A DNA stretch of 64,000 nt from an uncultured Candidatus Saccharibacteria bacterium. GTDB taxonomy: Bacteria > Patescibacteriota > Minisyncoccia > Phycocordibacterales > UBA2100. Position 1 is the first letter of the stretch. Each line of letters opens with the position of its first letter. The notes beneath the pieces were generated by a model, which was given only the letters and a program-made list of their open reading frames with translations, did not search any database and was not told where the DNA came from. A program made the translations under genes and the position numbers. This document shows, piece by piece, positions 27,943-37,154 of this stretch. The stretch lies in contig CAYSUJ010000001.1 in the NCBI GenBank assembly GCA_964434285.1, forward strand, positions 168,703 through 232,702. The letters run 5' to 3'.

Positions 27943-28618
27943 TGTACCTGTTCAACATCATCTCCTTAGCGTAGAGACTGACCGTGGTCTCGTAATTTTG
28001 GTTCACGGGTTGAGGATGTCGTATTTCAATTTCATTTGTCTTTTCGTCAAAAAGAATGAGCCCAATGTTGTGTCTATTGAATTCGTCAAAATCGATATTC
28101 TTTTCGGCTTCTTTTAGAATGGCAAGGTAACTCTCATCTGCAAAATATTGATAGCGACGAGCTTGAACCAAACCGCCGCGATGATCGTTCAACTTGACCT
28201 CAACAGCAATAATTTTTTGAATCGGGTTGAACGACTCTTCAATGGTCCGAATATATGCATCGTCAACTTTTGCGAGATATTCATTAGCAAGTAACACTCG
28301 TAGCTGCTTTTGCATATCCCTCGCATCACTGTTTGGAAATATTTCCAGTAGTTCACCGAAGGAATATATCCGCTCATTCTCCAAACCAAGCAACAATTGA
28401 AGACTACCAAAGCTGGTTAGTGGCGTACGATCAATGATTTTCTTTTTGAATGAGAAATCCGGCGCAAATACGAGATCAGCGATGCCGTAGCCTGCGGAGA
28501 ATTCATGAAACGCAAGATTGGTACCGAATTCTTTTTTCAGAATTCGATCAAGCTTATCAACGAGTGCCCTTTCGTTGCGCATGGTCGTAATGATAAGTGT
28601 AAATGATAAACGACGCAT
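27926..28618 (-). CDS. hypothetical protein with a possible restriction-endonuclease-like (PD-(D/E)XK) core: ...KVDD...(20 aa)...IIAVEVK...Q..RYQY
   Basis: The motif assignment is tentative. The 3' end overlaps the 3' end of the kinase gene by 17 nt in convergent orientation. Confidence 0.35.
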   Translation of the reverse strand: MRRLSFTLIITTMRNERALVDKLDRILKKEFGTNLAFHEFSAGYGIADLVFAPDFSFKKKIIDRTPLTSFGSLQLLLGLENERIYSFGELLEIFPNSDARDMQKQLRVLLANEYLAKVDDAYIRTIEESFNPIQKIIAVEVKLNDHRGGLVQARRYQYFADESYLAILKEAEKNIDFDEFNRHNIGLILFDEKTNEIEIRHPQPVNQNYETTVSLYAKEMMLNRYISYAS

Positions 28619-28651
28619 GAAATGCTTTACTAAAACCGAGTGTGTATAACG

Positions 28652-29164
28652 TCAGGGTTTTCTGGTCTTTATATACTCGCGGTATGCCAGCATACAACCC
28701 TCTGTAAATTCTTGTGGCCGCTCGTTCATCCATTTCTCCAGCTCCTCCGCTGGTATCCACCGAACTTCTGAGACTTCGTCGAGATCAGGATGTACTTCGC
28801 CATCATAAACACCTCTATAGACGCGATTAAAGCGTTTCTTGCCTCGCGCTTCATCGGTTTCCTCTTTGTAGTAATAGCCAATTTCCGTAAGCGGAACTCC
28901 TTCAACTCCGACTTCTTCTTTCAATTCACGATATGCAGCTTCTTCGTAAGTCTCTCCATGATCCACATGTCCGGCGGCCGATTGGTCCCACTTGTCAGGA
29001 TTAGAGAAGATATGCGGGCCTCGCTTCTGCATCAATACTTCTCCCTTTGAGTTGATCAAGAACACACGGGCTATTCGATGTCGGATACCTTTCTCAAGCG
29101 CCTCTTGTTTCGTACCGCCACCGAGGATATTATCGTTTTCGTCTACAAAGGTGATGTCTGTCAT
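28652..29164 (-). CDS. Nudix hydrolase
   Basis: Nudix box GHVDHGETYEEAAYRELKEEVGV (G-x5-E-x7-R-E-x2-E-E-x-G-U). Confidence 0.8.
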   Translation of the reverse strand: MTDITFVDENDNILGGGTKQEALEKGIRHRIARVFLINSKGEVLMQKRGPHIFSNPDKWDQSAAGHVDHGETYEEAAYRELKEEVGVEGVPLTEIGYYYKEETDEARGKKRFNRVYRGVYDGEVHPDLDEVSEVRWIPAEELEKWMNERPQEFTEGCMLAYREYIKTRKP

Positions 29165-29167
29165 ATA

Positions 29168-29773
29168 CTAAGCGCGAGAATTGAAAATAGCTTTTAATTC
29201 TGTTTTCTTTTGAGGATCGGCAAGTGCGGCAAGGATAAGAGGCACAACCTCACGCTCAGCGAAGTTGTCTTGTGTTCCGACCGCAAGAAACTCGTCGAAT
29301 GAGACCGGGTAGAGTTCGATCTTCTCACCTGCATCAGGATTCATGTCCGCGACTTTCTTCACCCCTTTTGCAATGAACGTGTATACAGCCCAATCAATCT
29401 TTCCAACTGGCTGTTGTGCATTCCACAAAACAAATTCTTCAGCTTCGTATCCCGTTTCTTCAAGCATCTCACGACGTGCCGCCTCGATCGGTTCTTCTCC
29501 ACTTTCCATGCGACCACCCGCACCGCCGATAAACGAGAGTTTACCCGGCTGTTCTTGTTTCGTGAGCAAGATCTTCCCATTGGGTAATACTGGAAATACG
29601 ATCACTGTGTCCGGACGTTTTACCTTTTCAAATGTCGCTTTCGTGCCATCAAACATCTCTTGCTCCCATTGGTACACATCGAAAAGCCTTCCCTTAAATG
29701 CGAGCTTGGCGTTCGAGGGGATTGGCTGCTTAGATTCTGGTCGCGGGATTTTCATATCACAGATTCGCATCAA
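29168..29773 (-). CDS. Nudix hydrolase, ADP-ribose pyrophosphatase-like
   Basis: Nudix box GGAGGRMESGEEPIEAARREMLEETGY, with an N-terminal extension resembling ADPRase (LFDVYQWEQ...). Confidence 0.75.
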   Translation of the reverse strand: MMRICDMKIPRPESKQPIPSNAKLAFKGRLFDVYQWEQEMFDGTKATFEKVKRPDTVIVFPVLPNGKILLTKQEQPGKLSFIGGAGGRMESGEEPIEAARREMLEETGYEAEEFVLWNAQQPVGKIDWAVYTFIAKGVKKVADMNPDAGEKIELYPVSFDEFLAVGTQDNFAEREVVPLILAALADPQKKTELKAIFNSRA

Positions 29774-30140
29774 GAAAGGCCTTTAGTGCTTTCAGGTCTC
29801 GTTTCTCTTGGTCGAAATGATACGACGATATGCCGACTGCTTCTGCGCTTTTGACGGCTGCCGGATTATGCTCGAAGTAGACCACATTGTCTGCAGTCAA
29901 GTTGAAGTGTTTTAGCATTTTCTCGAAGTATGCAGAGTCAGTCTTCTCCGGATCATGTTTGAGGGTAAAGACTTCGTATGGCATCTGATCGAGCCCGAAT
30001 TTCTTGAATTGTTCGTCGTTCGCCCCAGTGAGAATGATTTTCCGATTCGAGTACGCTTCCAACAGGTCGTACATCTTCTTGAAAATCTCTCCGGTATCCG
30101 AGACAAAGCAGTCTACCGCATCAACGAGGATGGTTTTCAT
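29757..30140 (-). CDS. HAD-superfamily hydrolase-like protein (small phosphatase)
   Basis: N-terminal ILVDAVDCF (DxD-type motif I) and a length/pattern typical of small HAD phosphatases; overlaps both flanking genes. Confidence 0.5.
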   Translation of the reverse strand: MKTILVDAVDCFVSDTGEIFKKMYDLLEAYSNRKIILTGANDEQFKKFGLDQMPYEVFTLKHDPEKTDSAYFEKMLKHFNLTADNVVYFEHNPAAVKSAEAVGISSYHFDQEKRDLKALKAFLDANL

Positions 30141-30949
30141 ACAACAAATGAATCAATCCACCTCAAGAAAATCTCTCTTATTTCGGCAAGATGTTTCGGA
30201 TCACGGAAGGTGTGCGGCGCATCTTTGATTATTTGCATTTCCTTTTGGCCAGGCAACGCATCGAACAATGCTTTCTGATGTTCGGGAGGCGTCGAATCAT
30301 CGACATCACCAACTATAAGAAGCACTGGCATAGTCAGATTTTCCACGTCCGGTAGAAGATCGTATTTCAAGCGATCAGTCATATGCGACCATTTAAGCCG
30401 CTTTATCCGCCCCGGTTCGCTGACACTTTCTTCCTCTCGCCAGCCGGTTCGCCCCCATTCATCAGCAACCTTCTTGTGTTTATCCGTCTGTGCGCTGAGT
30501 GCACCCGAAACAACTGTTGAGATTGGTGCAAGTGCCTGTACCTTTTCCGGATGCTTTTCTGCATAAAGCGCTGTTGAGATGCCGCCAAGACTGTGTCCAG
30601 CAAGTGCAAATGGCTCTTGGTACCACGACTGCGTTCCGGCCCACGCGATTACATCTTCAAGGTCTTCGTAATAGTTCGTAGTGGTCGCGTCGCTGTAATC
30701 GCCGTCGCTTTCGCCGAAGGTATTTGTCGTGTCAAAACGGATCGCGGTAAACCCTTTCTCAAGAAATGCGTGAGCGAAAGTCTCAATATGCGGCTGTTCC
30801 TTGAATCCTCCGAGGCCGTGCATTACAAAGGCTAATCCTTTCTGGTTGTCTGCCTTTTCGAGTATGATCGCCATTTTCTGCCCTTTTCGGTTTTGGATGA
30901 ACAGCTTTTCCATACCCGCCAGCATACCGTTTTCGGGATAAAGCGCCAA
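30137..30949 (-). CDS. alpha/beta-fold hydrolase
   Basis: HGLGG oxyanion region and nucleophile elbow LAGHSLGG (GxSxG), plus a C-terminal His region (DAPHTF). Confidence 0.75.
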   Translation of the reverse strand: MALYPENGMLAGMEKLFIQNRKGQKMAIILEKADNQKGLAFVMHGLGGFKEQPHIETFAHAFLEKGFTAIRFDTTNTFGESDGDYSDATTTNYYEDLEDVIAWAGTQSWYQEPFALAGHSLGGISTALYAEKHPEKVQALAPISTVVSGALSAQTDKHKKVADEWGRTGWREEESVSEPGRIKRLKWSHMTDRLKYDLLPDVENLTMPVLLIVGDVDDSTPPEHQKALFDALPGQKEMQIIKDAPHTFRDPKHLAEIREIFLRWIDSFVV

Positions 30950-30975
30950 TACGCTTTACTTGCTAGAATGGCTGC

Positions 30976-31545
30976 ATGGAAACAGAATATGAGGCGAAAT
31001 TTCTCAATGTTGACAAAGACGAAGTTCGGACACGATTGAAGACAGTCGGAGCAACGCTCAAGCGACCGGAATTCGCACAGCGCAGATGGGTTTTTGATTT
31101 ACCTTCCGCTATCCATTCAAGAAATGTTTTTGCTCGCGTGCGCGACGAGGGTGGTATTGTCACGATTACGTGGAAAGAATTCTCCGGTACCGAAGTTGAT
31201 CACCCAAAAGAAATCGAGATAATCGCCGACGATTTTGATAAGGCAGTGGCATTAGTAAAAGCACTCGGTTGCACTCCACGCTCCTATCAGGAAAACCGCC
31301 GCGAGCTTTGGCATCTCGATAATGCGAAAATCACGATTGATTCATGGCCATTCTTCGAACCGTTCGTGGAAGTCGAGGGTACTTCCGAGGAAGACATGAA
31401 GGAGGCATCGGAAAAGGCGGGTTTTGATTGGTCGCAAGCTCTCTTTTGCGGTGTGAGTAAGCTTTTTCAGAAACGATATGGCGAGCATGTCCATATCCGC
31501 GAAATGCCAAGGCTCACCTTTGATATGCCAAACCCATTCGTATAA
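30976..31545 (+). CDS. CYTH-domain protein (triphosphate tunnel metalloenzyme, CyaB / thiamine-triphosphatase class)
   Basis: N-terminal EYEAKF (the ExExK signature) and about 180 aa, the typical size of a stand-alone CYTH. Confidence 0.65.
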   Translation: METEYEAKFLNVDKDEVRTRLKTVGATLKRPEFAQRRWVFDLPSAIHSRNVFARVRDEGGIVTITWKEFSGTEVDHPKEIEIIADDFDKAVALVKALGCTPRSYQENRRELWHLDNAKITIDSWPFFEPFVEVEGTSEEDMKEASEKAGFDWSQALFCGVSKLFQKRYGEHVHIREMPRLTFDMPNPFV

Positions 31546-31816
31546 ATCTTCGCAAGTACAATCACCGGAAAAGCCCTGCGTTGCGACAAAATGCCCCTGT
31601 GCGCGATTAAACCGTCCTTCTCTAACTCAATGTTAAAAGTCCACGTATTTGGCGCGTTGCGACCTCTGGGTCAGGGAATGCTTTAGCCCAATCGTACGTT
31701 CTGAACGCAACCTGCCAAGCGAGCAAGGTGTTGGTGTGAAAGCGACCCATCCCCGTCCGAAAGGACGGGGATGGTCGTTTGTTGCCGTCGCAAGAGCATG
31801 GAAGTATGCTGCAGCG

Positions 31817-32254
31817 ATGGCAGCGACCAAACACGCTCCAATATCCGAAGAGGCCGTCAAACGCGCCGTAATCAAGTTTCTGACCAACAAGGGCTGGAGC
31901 AAGAATCTCGATTACAACGACCTTCGCGTGCATGGAGTGGATATAAAAGTGACGAATGCAAAATATCGACGAACTTTCTTCATTGAAGTTAAGGGTTCCT
32001 CAAACGGCAGAAGCGGCGCGGAAGTGGCTTTCGTGTACTCTTTGGGACAGATCGTCACCCGAATGAAAAGTCTGAAAGCTCGATATTATTTCGGGATAGC
32101 GCTCCCTACTCAAGCAGCCTCGATAGCTCTCAGACGTATCCCTTACCAATTTGCGATAACGACCTGCCTCCATGTCTTTTCCGTTGATGTTAAGGGGGTA
32201 GTGACGTGGTACAAACCAGCAGATATCAAACGGCTACAACTGATGAAATCGTGA
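31817..32254 (+). CDS. small PD-(D/E)XK nuclease-fold protein (HGVDIKV ... FFIEVKGSS)
   Basis: D-x13-E-V-K core with flanking hydrophobic strands. ATG at 31817; the upstream part of the ORF listed in the track is discounted. Confidence 0.45.
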   Translation: MAATKHAPISEEAVKRAVIKFLTNKGWSKNLDYNDLRVHGVDIKVTNAKYRRTFFIEVKGSSNGRSGAEVAFVYSLGQIVTRMKSLKARYYFGIALPTQAASIALRRIPYQFAITTCLHVFSVDVKGVVTWYKPADIKRLQLMKS

Positions 32255-32260
32255 GTCTCA

Positions 32261-33920
32261 CTATTTCATTGCCTTATTTGAGATGCCGAAAAATCGGTCA
32301 AAGAAGCCTGTGAGCTTGTTGAGAACGGTCTCCCGCTTCTGTGAACGCTCGCCGCTCGCTGAGAAGCGAGACACCGGCGGCAACACCTTCGTGAGCGCTG
32401 TCCCCGTGGTAGCGACGGCACCATCTCGGAAGGCATTTTGGACGAACGCGTAGGTGGCGTCATGGTCAAGGTTCTCGTCCTTGATGATTTGATCCAGTTC
32501 TTCTATCTTTTTTTCCTCAACATACCTTTGCCAATCCTCGTCGACCACAGAATTCGCATCGAGTGACGAGATGAACTTATTGATGAGGTCTTTCTTGTTG
32601 CGCAGCTCGACACTCGAATCAATTGCTTTGTTGATGTCGATCAGGAGCTCTTTATTCTTGGTATGGTCTTCGTGGTACTTCTTGATGAGGGCGAGGATGT
32701 AATCGATATTTATCTCAATCTGCTTAATGAGCTCCATCTCGAACACCAGATCGTCGTTGATGTTTTCCTTTTCCTTGTCGAGGCTTGTGCGAAACTCGTT
32801 GTACAGATCGATGTACATGCTGTGGTAATCCTGTAAGTCTCTCGCGGAGAGTATTTCGTTCCCTACAAACTGATCGAAGGTCACCAAGATATTCCGCACA
32901 CGCAAGACAGCACCGTACAGTTTGATGAAGTCCTTCTGGTTCTGTTCACCCATGATGCGCTCGCCCACAGGGAACTTCGCCAAGAGCTCATCAACCAAGC
33001 TCTTATATCCGCGCACTTCCTTGTTGCGCTCTTTGTAGCCGTTGTAGTAATCCTCATACGCCTTAAGCAACACAATGCCGCTCGCTTCTTTGTCGCCAAA
33101 GAGCGCAATTGCTTCATTCGTCGCTTTCTCCAGGTTGCGGAAACAGACAATATTTCCAAAGGTTTTTATGCTGTTGAGGATGCGATTAGTTCGAGAATAT
33201 GCCTGCAGTAATCCATGGAGTCGCAGATTCTTGTCTACCCATAGGGTGTTGAGCGTCGTCGCATCAAAGCCCGTTAGAAACATGTTGACCACGATGAGGA
33301 TATCAACCTCGCGATTCTTCACGCGCTCGCTCACATCCTTGTAATAGTTCTGGAACTTGTCAGACGAGGTGTCATAAGACGTGCCGAACATTTCGTTGTA
33401 GTCGGTAATGGCGCTCTCCAAGAAGTCCCGCGAGCTCGCATCAAGCCCGCTGGTGTCTTCGGAGTTTTCATCGATCATTCCGTCAGCATCCTCATCATTA
33501 ACCCCGAAGCTGAAGATCGTTGCAATCTTTAATTTCTTGTCACTCGGCACCTCTGCAAGCTGTTTTTTGAACTCCGCATAATATTTCTTAGCGACATCAA
33601 TGGAAGATACGGCGAAGATTGAATTGAAGCCCGCGAGCCGTCGATCTTTCAGCTTGTAAAAGCTATTGCGCTTCGTCTTTTGGTCGAAGTGTTCACGTAT
33701 ATAGCGCACGATATTCTCGAGTCGTTCCGGTGAGGCGAGAGCAGCTTCACGATCGATACCACTCACTTGTTTGTCCTCTATGTCTTCCGCTTCACGGATG
33801 GTGGAGACGTAATCTACCTTGAAAGGCAGCACATTTTTATCCGCGATGGCGTCCACAATCGTGTACGTGTGGAGTTTGGTGCTGACCCGAGTCCCAAATC
33901 TTAGACACGCTTTCTAGCGA
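32261..33920 (-). pseudogene. hsdR: type I restriction enzyme R subunit (HsdR), C-terminal roughly 550 aa only; the reading frame stays open upstream past the GTG at 33856 until it hits a stop at the IS3 border
   Basis: Helicase motif VI region ...VNMFLTGFDATTLNTLWVDKNLRLHGLLQAYSRTNR plus the HsdR C-terminal domain; no N-terminal nuclease or helicase motifs I-III; the IS3 element abuts its 5' side. Confidence 0.7.
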
Positions 33921-33950
33921 CACCATTATTCGCTAGCATACGTACCACGT

Positions 33951-34205
33951 ATGAAAAAGCATCGCATAGCTCCTGAGGTAAAGGAGCAGATTATCAATCG
34001 CATCAAAAACGAGGGGGTCTCGGTGCAACAGGCTGCCACAGAACATGGCGTCACGACATCCACAATATACGCCTGGATCGGGGCGAAGGTGGAAGGAGGT
34101 CCGTCAGTGATGGAGATCGCGAAACTCCGAAGGGAGAACGAAGAGCTCCTCAAGATGATCGGGATCCTCACCATGAAGCTCAGCGAGTCCCAAAAAAAGA
34201 AGTAG
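33951..34205 (+). CDS. IS3 family transposase OrfA (HTH)
   Basis: See the mobile_element entry. Confidence 0.8.
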   Translation: MKKHRIAPEVKEQIINRIKNEGVSVQQAATEHGVTTSTIYAWIGAKVEGGPSVMEIAKLRRENEELLKMIGILTMKLSESQKKK

Positions 34206-34210
34206 CACGC

Positions 34211-35020
34211 ATGGACGCACTCACAAAGAGTGCGCGCGCAAAGCTTGTCGGTGTTTCTCGTGCCTCGCTCTACTACTACCACAAGATGGAGGACAAGGAT
34301 CACGCGCTCAGGCGTGATATTGAGGGTGTCTTGCGTACCCGCGCAGGGAGAAGCTACGGATACCGCCGTATAGCCGTCGCACTCCGCATCAACGAAAAGC
34401 GCGCACGCAGAGTCATGCGCAAGTTTGGCCTGAAGCCGTACCGAAGACGAGGCAAGAGATACTGCAGAGCAAAGCCGCAGAATGAAGTGTATCCGAACCT
34501 TCTTCAGTTGGTCACACCAGCGTATCCTGGCTGTGTCTGGGTTGCAGACTTTACCCATCTCAACTACCGAGGCATTGATGTATCGGTGGCCACGGTGCTC
34601 GATGTGTACTTGAGGAAGATTGTCGGCATCGCGGTGGGCACGAAGCACGGCGCGCCGCTCATTACAAGCGCCTTTGGCAACGCACTCCTCGCACACGGGA
34701 GACCGGCCATCTTCCACTCAGACAATGGTAGCGAGTATCATGCCGCATCGTTTCGCATGCTCCTTGTGAACCTCGACATCGCCATCTCATGCTCGAAGAA
34801 GGGCTGCCCGTGGGAGAATGGGTATCAAGAGAGTTTCTACGACAAGTTCAAGAACGATCTTGGCGACCCTTCACGCTTCAACTCACTGGGTGAACTCACT
34901 GCGGCAATCTACGAGACCATGCACGTCTACAATACCGAGCGCATTCATTCTGCGCTCAAGATGCCGCCACATCAATTTGCACTCGCGCACGCCGCTGCTA
35001 CACTACACACACGTCATTAG
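34211..35020 (+). CDS. IS3 family transposase OrfB (DDE integrase core), expressed as an OrfAB fusion by a -1 frameshift
   Basis: DDE motifs D(FTHL)...D(NGSEY)...E(NGYQES). Confidence 0.85.
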   Translation: MDALTKSARAKLVGVSRASLYYYHKMEDKDHALRRDIEGVLRTRAGRSYGYRRIAVALRINEKRARRVMRKFGLKPYRRRGKRYCRAKPQNEVYPNLLQLVTPAYPGCVWVADFTHLNYRGIDVSVATVLDVYLRKIVGIAVGTKHGAPLITSAFGNALLAHGRPAIFHSDNGSEYHAASFRMLLVNLDIAISCSKKGCPWENGYQESFYDKFKNDLGDPSRFNSLGELTAAIYETMHVYNTERIHSALKMPPHQFALAHAAATLHTRH

Positions 35021-35120
35021 AGAGCAGTGTCAGGAAAAAGGACTCACTGCACACTGACAAAAGCCCAACTCAAATTCATCGAAGGGGCTCTCGCGTGCAG
35101 GTTAAGTCCTGAGTCTCTGC

Positions 35121-35642
35121 TTATCGTGGAGTGGAGCTCATAATAGGAGTACTATTTTTCGTGCGAAGAAATTCTTGCATAGCGTTCAAAAAACCATGAG
35201 TGAATCTTTCCGGATCGGTGTTCAAAGACGCGATGACATTCGATACCGCCATCTTCTCAAGTGATTTAACTTCCTCGGTTTCCATAAATTTCCATCCCAC
35301 AGGAGCCATAGCCTCGTAAATAGCCCAGAAGTGGTTGAAGCGAGCATTTTCTGGCAGGAACGTGGAGACGTGCTTGATTGGAACGTCTAACCTTATTTCC
35401 TCAAACATCTCCCTCCGCGCCGCATCATCATACGATTCTCCCTTTCCGACATGCCCGCCGACTGCGAGATCGTACTTGCCGTACTTGTTGCTCGTTTGAA
35501 CGTAAAGGCTTCCGTCCGCATCAAAAACAAAAACCCCGACAATACGGTGCATGAGTTTTAGTTCGTGCGCCGTCGTCGCATCAGTCGTCCCGATCACGTT
35601 ATTGTTTTCGTCGACGATATCAATCTGCTCGGAATCAGCCAT
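35121..35642 (-). CDS. Nudix hydrolase, paralog of the 28652..29164 gene
   Basis: Nudix box GGHVGKGESYDDAARREMFEEIRL; N-terminus IVDENNNVIG versus VDENDNILG, and C-terminus FTHGFLNAMQEFLRTK versus FTEGCMLAYREYIKTRK, in the paralog. Confidence 0.8.
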   Translation of the reverse strand: MADSEQIDIVDENNNVIGTTDATTAHELKLMHRIVGVFVFDADGSLYVQTSNKYGKYDLAVGGHVGKGESYDDAARREMFEEIRLDVPIKHVSTFLPENARFNHFWAIYEAMAPVGWKFMETEEVKSLEKMAVSNVIASLNTDPERFTHGFLNAMQEFLRTKNSTPIMSSTPR

Positions 35643-35648
35643 ACACTT

Positions 35649-37154
35649 TTATCGGAATTTTGTCTCGCGCTTGTGAGCCCTCCATTCGCGTGCGTGTTCG
35701 TCATGTTGGGCGGTGATATCGGACACAATCTTCAATTCACTCGCGTAGCTCGCCTTGAGGTTCCGAAATTCCGGATCCTTAAAAAGTTCTGGTTCGTTCG
35801 TAACCGCGTATACTGGGTCTATATGCCTCAACTTCACAGAAACTTCTTCGCCGATTGTCGCATCCTCTACAACACCGAGTTTGCGCATCAACTCTCTATT
35901 CCCCGCAGTGACTGACAACCTGAACTCGCGTTCGTTCAATTGATGTTTCAGATCGTTTCGGAGTATCTTTTTTCTCGACAATGCGGCATACGTACGCAAG
36001 TTATTCGTTCGGAGATACTGACGCATAAATTTCGGAAACATCGAGAGGAGCGGCGGGATCTCGGTCGGAGGCTTCACCCGACTGCTTGAAAATAACGTGT
36101 CGTACCATAGCTTCTCGAATTCCTGCGTCTGTTCGGTATGGAAATCGACTGGTTTCTGACCCCAATCAAGCATTTCCTCTGAGAACGCAATACTCATGCG
36201 GGCACAGAGCTCACGCAGCAACTCCTCCGGCGCGGCTCGTACATCAGTCGTATCGAACACGATATGTGATTTGCCTGTTGATTCAAGATACGCTACTTCC
36301 TCTGCAAGTTTCTTGAACTCCTCCTTCTCAAAATTCATCCGGCGCGGATTTGCTTTCAACACGCCCTCAAAAAACGCATAATCGCGCTCGGCGTACAATT
36401 TTCTGTCGACAAGATCCCGCCAGTTTATATATCCGTTCCTGCGAGCCATGAAGTCCAATAATTCGTTCTGTACAGTCATGACGGGTGTATCTTGTAGACG
36501 TTCAAGATTCTCTCCGTTGTGCAGAAAGTCGAGCGGTTCGGTGTAAGTCCCGCTCTGCACAGCGTCCGAGAACGCTACCCAGTTTGAAAAACCTTTCTCA
36601 GCCGCAGCATAATCGAGTAAATATCGCTGGAGATCGATGCTTGAGCGCATGTCAATCGTCGTCAACACGCGCCGTATCCGAGACTCGACGGACAATAGCG
36701 GGTTGCGTATCAGCACGACCACGGGATTGTGCGTGAGTTCGATTAACCGCACGTATTCTTTGTTCTTTCCGATCCAATGAGACATCTCCTTCACGGCTAC
36801 ACTTGTCCTTTCTCCGGACTGCTCGAATTGTTCTCCGCCGATTGATTCGTAAATTTGCTTATAGCCGTGATCGGGATCGAAATCGTCCCGCCGCGCGCCA
36901 AGAAACGGCTCGTGGCATTCATGTTGTATATCGGACGAATTGCCGACGACGTGCTCAATGAGGGAAGAATTTGTCCTGGGCGGCGCAATGATAATATGTA
37001 TCGAAAGCCGCCCGTCGCTAACGAGTTTCTGCAACTTTTCGTAGTATGAACCATTGCTCATGAGAAGAATGATAGCCGAGTTATCTGCATCCTCAAAGCC
37101 GTGAAAAACGTGGTTGAAAGCGGGTAATGCTCTCAACCACGAATTGCCGTTCAA
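35649..37154 (-). CDS. sulfotransferase-fold-like N-terminal domain (IIAPPRTNSSLI as a PAPS 5'-phosphosulfate-binding-like motif; IRNPLLSVESRIRR as a 3'-phosphate-binding-like R-N-P...S motif) plus a roughly 250-aa unknown C-terminal domain
   Basis: Motif-level resemblance only. A 4-nt ATGA overlap with the upstream kinase-like gene suggests translational coupling. Confidence 0.35.
   Translation of the reverse strand: MNGNSWLRALPAFNHVFHGFEDADNSAIILLMSNGSYYEKLQKLVSDGRLSIHIIIAPPRTNSSLIEHVVGNSSDIQHECHEPFLGARRDDFDPDHGYKQIYESIGGEQFEQSGERTSVAVKEMSHWIGKNKEYVRLIELTHNPVVVLIRNPLLSVESRIRRVLTTIDMRSSIDLQRYLLDYAAAEKGFSNWVAFSDAVQSGTYTEPLDFLHNGENLERLQDTPVMTVQNELLDFMARRNGYINWRDLVDRKLYAERDYAFFEGVLKANPRRMNFEKEEFKKLAEEVAYLESTGKSHIVFDTTDVRAAPEELLRELCARMSIAFSEEMLDWGQKPVDFHTEQTQEFEKLWYDTLFSSSRVKPPTEIPPLLSMFPKFMRQYLRTNNLRTYAALSRKKILRNDLKHQLNEREFRLSVTAGNRELMRKLGVVEDATIGEEVSVKLRHIDPVYAVTNEPELFKDPEFRNLKASYASELKIVSDITAQHDEHAREWRAHKRETKFR

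Larger units (their letters stand above)
33900..35110 (+). mobile_element. IS3-family insertion sequence (orfA 33951..34205, orfB 34211..35020, slippery A6G at 34192-34199). The ends are approximate because inverted repeats were not resolved.
   Basis: OrfA has an HTH (MKKHRIAPEVKEQIINRIKNEGVSVQQAA...) and a leucine zipper. OrfB has a DDE integrase core (WVADFTHL..., HSDNGSEY, NGYQESFY). CCAAAAAAAGAAG at the orfA/orfB junction is the classic -1 frameshift site. Confidence 0.85.

Noticed and set aside
31622-31933. 103-aa minus ORF and the long upstream extension of the + ORF at 31649
   Set aside because: No ribosome-binding site or motif; overlaps the better-supported PD-(D/E)XK ORF starting at 31817.
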